The notes below the pieces were generated by a model, which saw only the letters and a list, made by a program, of their open reading frames with translations, searched no databases and was not told the origin of the DNA. This document shows positions 34,765 to 39,881 of a DNA stretch of 39,881 nucleotides, one piece after another. Positions within the stretch are counted from its first letter, which is position 1, and each line of letters starts with the position of its first letter. Source of the DNA: a virus (Duplodnaviria; Caudoviricetes); IMG/VR virus record IMGVR_UViG_3300043448_000119, positions 1-39,881 of that record. One strand, given 5' to 3'. Position numbers and translations under genes: made by a program.

Positions 34765-36618
34765 TTATCTGTTAGGAGTAAATACGTAGTTAGAGCCACT
34801 TACAAATTCGCCAGAGGCAACTTTGTCCGCAACAGCATTAATTAAAATTTGATCTTCTGAAATATTGATTAACTGATCACGAACTGAAACAACATCATAA
34901 GAAGAAGGTTCAACGGTAAATGTTACTACGTTGTTTGGAGCAGAAGCAATATTAATACTGTTAATTACGATCTTACCTGTTTGATAATCAACAGTACCAG
35001 CATTATTGTTTGTATAAACCTTTGTTCCTTCTTGAGAAAGATAGAATAATCTAATGTTTCCTTGAGTATCATCGTCCAAGAAGAACTGATTTGCGTTACC
35101 GCTTATAGTAAACGCTGAAGAAGTTATGTTACTTCCAGCTGTGTTACCTGGCTCATTATAAATTGGATTGTATAGATTAATTGTGTATGAAGATTCGAAT
35201 CCGAAGTTTGGTGTAATGTCTCTAGTAATCTTCAACTTAACAACGCTACTAACAATAGAATCATCAGTTGTGTCAATTAGTCTTTGTAATTGCGACATTC
35301 TAAACACAGTATCAAACTTAACTAAAGTAGTATTATACTCTGAAATGGTGTTCTTAACGAAATTCTTCAATGTCTCTTCTGGAAATCCTGACTTGACTGG
35401 GTTATAATAAAAAGAAACATCTAGAATTAAGTTTAAGTATGTTGGGTCGACAATTGTTGGAATAATAGAAACAACATTTCTATTTCTTAGAATTTCATCA
35501 ACAATAAATGTTTTAGCAGCAGTCGATAGAACAAGACCAGTCTTTGGTTTAATACAGATAAAAACTTTTCCAAAAACAGGTGGATCATTTTCCTCACCGC
35601 CCCAAACAGACATTGTGTCAATGTTAGGGTATAATCTAGGCAAAATTACTTTATAGTCTTCAGCTGTTACTGTTCTGTTTTGAGCAGCAAAAAATTTTGG
35701 AGCATTAAATCTAATACTATCGTTGGATTCGGCTTCAGATCCACCGCCAGCAATAGATGTTGTTTGAACTGTTGTTATACCATTACCCAAACTTGACCCA
35801 GTATAAGTAAAAATTCTTGCGCCGTTGGACGCTTCACCATCGCTCACGAAATATTCTAAAATTACAATATTTCCTGGAACTACTGCAGCAGAAACAACAC
35901 CATCGCCAAAAGTAATCTCATATTGTCCGTTTTCAATTTCTCTTAAATAATAAACTGCAGAATCTCTTGTGTTATTCACAAGAGATTCATTTTGGTTAAA
36001 AACAACAGAAGTGGCGTCAGATGCGCTTTGCTGCACTCTAACAGATAGTGTTGAAATATCTGCATTTTCATTTGGTATAATATATCTTCTATTTCCGTCT
36101 ACGATATATTTAAATACTTGTGGGCGACCTTGTGTTATTTCAACATTAGTAAATATGTATGTGTTATTCGATCCTCTAAGCGCAACATGCGAAGATCTAT
36201 TATAGAAAGTAAGATCAGAACCAAGACCTATGTTAACATTATTGGAAGCTGCAACAAAAGACTGAAACGAAGGTAAAGTTAACGAAGATGGGTTTCCAAC
36301 AACATTTGAAACAGTAACATTAACCATGGCTCTGGCTGATGTTCTACCTTTAGGGACATATCCCAAAACATTAGAAAGAGAGGCAAGACTAGATCTTTTT
36401 GCAGCAGAATCTAAAAACATCTCATTAATTGCTAAGTTAGTATACAAAGCATTATAGTGAGTGTTATAGGCAAGAACATCCAAAAGGATATTCATACCGC
36501 TACCTTCAAAATCGTAGTCTGTAAACTCGTCTTGAGCTTTTAGAAAGTTTTTTAAGTTATCCTTGATCGTATCGAAGTCTAACTCGCTGACTTTTATTCT
36601 TCTGTTATCAACAGCCAT
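34765..36618 (-). CDS. gp6: Baseplate wedge protein gp6 (617 aa)
   Basis: ELDFDTIKDNLKNFLKAQDEFTDYDFEGSGMNILLDVLAYNTHY and QNRTVTAEDY...VWGGEENDPPVFGKVFI motifs. Confidence 0.95.
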   Translation of the reverse strand: MAVDNRRIKVSELDFDTIKDNLKNFLKAQDEFTDYDFEGSGMNILLDVLAYNTHYNALYTNLAINEMFLDSAAKRSSLASLSNVLGYVPKGRTSARAMVNVTVSNVVGNPSSLTLPSFQSFVAASNNVNIGLGSDLTFYNRSSHVALRGSNNTYIFTNVEITQGRPQVFKYIVDGNRRYIIPNENADISTLSVRVQQSASDATSVVFNQNESLVNNTRDSAVYYLREIENGQYEITFGDGVVSAAVVPGNIVILEYFVSDGEASNGARIFTYTGSSLGNGITTVQTTSIAGGGSEAESNDSIRFNAPKFFAAQNRTVTAEDYKVILPRLYPNIDTMSVWGGEENDPPVFGKVFICIKPKTGLVLSTAAKTFIVDEILRNRNVVSIIPTIVDPTYLNLILDVSFYYNPVKSGFPEETLKNFVKNTISEYNTTLVKFDTVFRMSQLQRLIDTTDDSIVSSVVKLKITRDITPNFGFESSYTINLYNPIYNEPGNTAGSNITSSAFTISGNANQFFLDDDTQGNIRLFYLSQEGTKVYTNNNAGTVDYQTGKIVINSINIASAPNNVVTFTVEPSSYDVVSVRDQLINISEDQILINAVADKVASGEFVSGSNYVFTPNR

Positions 36619-36620
36619 GG

Positions 36621-37010
36621 TTATCTCGTTCTATCTAGTGTTAATTCTAGGATTGTTGTAGTAATAGAGTTCAGAACCTTGAACTCAATAAGAATATCAA
36701 CATTATTATTGTCTGGATCGTATTTAACATCTATTGTTATAATCTGAACACGTGGTTCAAAGTTTACAATCGTGTCTTCAATAGCACGTCTAATTATCTC
36801 TCTGTTCAAAGGTCCAGGAAGTTCAAACAATAACTGTCTTATTGGTGTTCCAATCTCACTATGAAACGGTCTCTCATAGTAAGAAGTTAGAAGCAGATTC
36901 TTTAGGGCTGTCTTCACAGCATTCTCATTAAATCTCTTTGCGATATCTTTAGAGATCGGATGAGGAGTGAAGTTTAAGTCTAAATCTGCGAATGTACGTG
37001 TAGTTGCCAT
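36621..37010 (-). CDS. gp25: Baseplate wedge subunit gp25 (129 aa)
   Basis: DLDLNF..HP...D...NENAVK.ALKNLLLT..YERPF..EIG......LFE...I...I.NFEPRV motif. Confidence 0.93.
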   Translation of the reverse strand: MATTRTFADLDLNFTPHPISKDIAKRFNENAVKTALKNLLLTSYYERPFHSEIGTPIRQLLFELPGPLNREIIRRAIEDTIVNFEPRVQIITIDVKYDPDNNNVDILIEFKVLNSITTTILELTLDRTR

Positions 37011-37015
37011 ATCTT

Positions 37016-37022
37016 TATTTAG
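37016..37022 (-). promoter_or_regulatory. T4-type late promoter core CTAAATA, possibly giving a leaderless gp25 mRNA
   Basis: tatttag in the 15-nt gap, only 5 nt before the gp25 ATG (37010), with no clear RBS in between. Confidence 0.5.
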
Positions 37023-37025
37023 GTG

Positions 37026-37322
37026 TTATGCAATAAAAGTATTAGAAGAACCCTTAGCAACACAGTCTCCGCATGCAATTCTATCACCAATTCTAGCTGC
37101 TGGGGCACCCTCAATTCTGGTTTTACTCGACCCAGAAGTAACCTTACCCATACCGTGAACCTTTTTACCACAGTTATGGATTGGTCCATAACCAGTTCTG
37201 CCAGTTAACTGGACAGCTCTTCCATTAACAAAAGTTTTAGTAGACCAAGGTCCAATGTCTGGTCTTGGCGGAAAACAACCATGCCCTGTTGATCTACCAC
37301 CCTGAATTGCTACTGCTGCCAT
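37026..37322 (-). CDS. gp5.4: PAAR-repeat spike tip protein (T4 gp5.4-like, 98 aa)
   Basis: TGHGCFPP...HNCG..VHG...EGAPAARIGD.IACGD.VAKGSSNTF, with His/Cys metal ligands; GGAG RBS. Confidence 0.93.
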   Translation of the reverse strand: MAAVAIQGGRSTGHGCFPPRPDIGPWSTKTFVNGRAVQLTGRTGYGPIHNCGKKVHGMGKVTSGSSKTRIEGAPAARIGDRIACGDCVAKGSSNTFIA

Positions 37323-37331
37323 GGTTTCTCC

Positions 37332-38123
37332 TTAATTCGCTACATTAGGATTAGTTTCAGTGACTCTCTCAATAGGAGCTGCTGGAACTGCATACGTTCT
37401 TGTGTTTGGTGGTGTTCCAGATGTCGTATCTGGAGCAGGAACAGCTGGATCGTCATAAAATTCATTTGGGCTGTTCGCTATACCATTATATTGATTTCTC
37501 TCAATCTGCTCACCTCTGTTTAGATTATCTCTAATTTGAAGTAACCTTCTTCTGTTTGCTTCCCAGTTATTTAAAACTGTATGTTGGCGATAAAATGTAA
37601 AGATTCCGTCTAAACCAGTTAACCCCTGATTTACTGATGGTGGAACCTCAACCTTTACTGTAAATCCGTTCTCAAGCCAAACTCTTCTATCTGGTATATA
37701 ATTGTACGGAGCGTAATACTTATCTCCAATCTTATCAATATCAGCATCTTCTAAAAGACTTTCATCAAGCATTCTAATATCATATTGCCTCTGATCAAAA
37801 ACTTTTGTGTAAGTTCCTTTGATTGTAACTTTAGCCTGTATAGGTTTATTGTCAATCATTATACTGATATTCCCAACTTCGGATAAGTCTGAAGCTGCGC
37901 TTAATATTGTAGTTTTAATATCTGGCTGATCAATCTCTTGACTTAATCCTGCTGAAGTAGCCATAAACTCTATGTCAATTTGCCAATTTACATCTAGAAT
38001 TTCATAGACTGATGGAAATCTACTTGTTGCAGCTACAGTCCCACCGAAGAATAAACCAGCACCTGCATATTCTGGATTATCCTGCGGATAATTTGTATAA
38101 GTTATAATCGAACGAATTCCCAT
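37332..38123 (-). CDS. Hypothetical protein in the T4 gp5.1 position (263 aa)
   Basis: Clean ORF between gp5 and PAAR. GTYTKVF and TVLNNW segments resemble, from memory, T4-like gp5.1; not verified. Confidence 0.55.
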   Translation of the reverse strand: MGIRSIITYTNYPQDNPEYAGAGLFFGGTVAATSRFPSVYEILDVNWQIDIEFMATSAGLSQEIDQPDIKTTILSAASDLSEVGNISIMIDNKPIQAKVTIKGTYTKVFDQRQYDIRMLDESLLEDADIDKIGDKYYAPYNYIPDRRVWLENGFTVKVEVPPSVNQGLTGLDGIFTFYRQHTVLNNWEANRRRLLQIRDNLNRGEQIERNQYNGIANSPNEFYDDPAVPAPDTTSGTPPNTRTYAVPAAPIERVTETNPNVAN

Positions 38124-38125
38124 AA

Positions 38126-39881
38126 TTACGAAGCAAATCCTAATGCTTTACGAGCAGCTAAGTGTTCTGGTGAACCTTTCGCTGGTGGGTTTTCTGGAAT
38201 ATAAAGGAAAGTTCCAATTGGAGAAATTCTTCCATGATAGTTCATAGTAAAGTGTTGCTTTCTGTTTCCAGTATATTTAAATGAAACATGAATCCAAACA
38301 GTAGTCTTACCGTCATACTCAAGAAGCAATTGATCGTAAGGAATTACCTTAGAAATAGCAACGCACGCTTCATACATCTGTTTTCTGTTAAATCCATTAA
38401 TTACAAAGTCTGCTGCTTGTCCAGATGTGTGTTGTGATTTTTCATTTTTATAATCAGGAGGCAAATCTCCTGGTCTTCTGAAACCGCTTGTAATGTTAAT
38501 TCCTGGATACAACTTACGGATTGGCTCTAGGCAGTTCTCAGCTAGACCTTTAAGATTACAAGCGATTTCTTGAATAGAAAGACCTTGTTGTGGCTGTAGT
38601 GGTCTTGTTCCATCTTTCGTTAAAACACCAAGCGTAAAGTTTGGAGAAAGTTTCATAGTAGCTGGGAAAGAACTCATTCCAAAAATAGCATCGCAATTAG
38701 CGCCTTTTGGTTGAACTTTATTTGGTTCAACTTTTTCTTCAGCTAGTGCTCCAGGATCTTTTTGTTGTTGTGTTGGATCGATAGCACCCTTATCAATCTC
38801 TTTCTGAATAAACGCTTCTCTTACTGCTGGATCATCATCTTCAGTTTCATAATAGATAGCAGCTCTACTTTGCCTTGTGTTAACTTGTAAAGAAGATAAC
38901 TCTGGTGCTTCCTGTGGGTCTTTATCGATAGACTCACCAACAGAAGCACCAGATGCGCCAGATGCGCCTTGACCGAAATTACCACGAGAGTAATCAACGT
39001 TCATCGTGCTACCAGATTTGATATTCATACCAGATCCAGATTGGATATTCATACCAGATCCAGATTTAATGTTGAAAGCGGAGGTAGCTTCTAAATTTAT
39101 ATTGCTTGCTTTTACATCAAAGTTTTGAGCAACATTAAGTTTCGCATTTCCGCCAACTGAAATACTAGCATCATTGTAAACTCTAATGTTCGTTGCGCCT
39201 TTTATATCAAGATTCGTAGCACCATCAACTAAGACATTGCTATCACCATTGACAGTTATGTTTAGAGAACCACCAAGATAAACATATCCATTACGCTCAT
39301 ATATCTCATACCCATCACCAATTATTCTATTTACTCGAGTTCCATTGTGATCTATCTCAGTAAATGTTCCTGATTTATGATATAAGTGTATACGTTCAGC
39401 TTTAGGTGTATCATCAAACTCTAAAATATGTCCAGATTCAGTTTCTAAAACTTTGTTAAATGGATAATCTGCATTGTATGGGCACTCAGATTGATCCCAA
39501 CTCTTACCACCACCTGTTTTGACATCTTTTAATCTTTGTGTTTCTTTAGTGAAGACAACAGTTTTTTCAATAAACTCATGACGTGCCAATCTATTGGTAT
39601 CTGGTTCATTAACATATAGTGGGTACTTCTTATTTGGGTCTCTAAATCCGTATTCTGTTGATGCTCCTGAATCAGAAGTTCCAGTTGAAGTTTGTCCACT
39701 ACTATTTTTCTCACCAACTGGTGGTGTTGGTTCAGCTTTAGCATCTCCGCTTTTTATAGCTTCTTCTTTAACGGTCTCTTCGTTTGGCGTAACAGACTTA
39801 CCTTTTCCTGGTATCCCATCTCTAAGGAATAACTCAGATTCTTCTCTTCTTCTTCTGGTTAACCCTGCAACTTCTTTTAAT
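38126..39881 (-). CDS. gp5: Baseplate hub/needle gp5, 5'-truncated: end of a GH24 lysozyme, linker, beta-helix and C-terminal M15 peptidase
   Basis: The frame stays open 97 codons upstream of the track's TTG at 39589: LKEVAGLTRRRREESELFLRDG...GFRDPNKKYP..VNEPDTNRLAR. Then YPFNKVLETESGHILEFDDTP..ERIHLYHKSGTFTEI (gp5), VxG octapeptide repeats and SGFR...SQH..GQAAD...WIHVS (M15). Confidence 0.92.
   Translation of the reverse strand, partial: LKEVAGLTRRRREESELFLRDGIPGKGKSVTPNEETVKEEAIKSGDAKAEPTPPVGEKNSSGQTSTGTSDSGASTEYGFRDPNKKYPLYVNEPDTNRLARHEFIEKTVVFTKETQRLKDVKTGGGKSWDQSECPYNADYPFNKVLETESGHILEFDDTPKAERIHLYHKSGTFTEIDHNGTRVNRIIGDGYEIYERNGYVYLGGSLNITVNGDSNVLVDGATNLDIKGATNIRVYNDASISVGGNAKLNVAQNFDVKASNINLEATSAFNIKSGSGMNIQSGSGMNIKSGSTMNVDYSRGNFGQGASGASGASVGESIDKDPQEAPELSSLQVNTRQSRAAIYYETEDDDPAVREAFIQKEIDKGAIDPTQQQKDPGALAEEKVEPNKVQPKGANCDAIFGMSSFPATMKLSPNFTLGVLTKDGTRPLQPQQGLSIQEIACNLKGLAENCLEPIRKLYPGINITSGFRRPGDLPPDYKNEKSQHTSGQAADFVINGFNRKQMYEACVAISKVIPYDQLLLEYDGKTTVWIHVSFKYTGNRKQHFTMNYHGRISPIGTFLYIPENPPAKGSPEHLAARKALGFAS
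39020..39066 (-). repeat. 24-nt-period tandem duplication encoding beta-helix octapeptides (NIKSGSGM NIQSGSGM NIKSGSTM)
   Basis: gatattcataccagatccagatt occurs at 39020-39042 and again at 39044-39066. Confidence 0.85.

Noticed and set aside
568-37208. Numerous plus-strand ORFs in the track (e.g. 1541..1903, 2990..3418, 17816..18172, 28372..28836, 32184..32570)
   Set aside because: They are antisense shadows of Thr/Ala/Gly/Val-rich minus-strand genes, with no recognisable motifs.
856-38128. No TAG stop among 20 gene ends (19 TAA, 1 TGA): possible stop-codon reassignment
   Set aside because: Genes up to 10 kb are intact under the standard code with no in-frame TAG, and TAA preference is expected in AT-rich, highly expressed genes.
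39587-39589. TTG start assigned to gp5 by the ORF track
   Set aside because: The frame is open to the window edge and encodes gp5 and lysozyme motifs upstream, so the true start lies outside the window.
3087-39744. Short alternative-frame minus-strand ORFs (3087..3395, 9741..9986, 18567..18767, 23850..24146, 24156..24473, 28317..28526, 29076..29315, 39529..39744)
   Set aside because: They are Leu/Gln-rich off-frame readings inside well-supported genes, expected from the T/A-ending codon bias.

Overview
This window is the late (virion structural) region of a large, AT-rich T4-like myovirus with cyanophage/pelagiphage-style gene order. All 21 credible genes lie on the minus strand and are densely packed. 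In transcription order (right to left) they are: gp5 hub/needle (5'-truncated), a gp5.1-like protein, PAAR gp5.4, gp25, gp6, an enlarged gp7, gp8 and a 2560-aa VrlC/DUF4815-like protein. About 21 kb of tail-fibre and adaptor genes follow (83, 72, 107, 1183, 75, 3464, 208, 112, 86, 722, 100 and 563 aa), ending in a 3'-truncated paralogue of the 3464-aa protein that the ORF track misses. T4-type late promoter cores ([AC]TAAATA, one perfect TATAAATA) sit at many gene junctions. I found no tRNA, rRNA, CRISPR, integrase, intron, intein or reverse transcriptase. Four observations stand out. (1) The 1183-aa protein has 20 repeats whose linkers are mirror-complementary around a central turn, implying a fold-back hairpin stalk inserted into one domain loop. 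(2) The 3464-aa protein appears built by recursive, Russian-doll domain insertion. (3) Recurring C-terminal/N-terminal motif pairs link neighbouring genes, suggesting a plug-and-socket multi-subunit fibre. (4) gp5 carries both a GH24-type lysozyme and a C-terminal M15 metallopeptidase, like an evolved VgrG. All family assignments come from motif recognition by eye; no database search was run.
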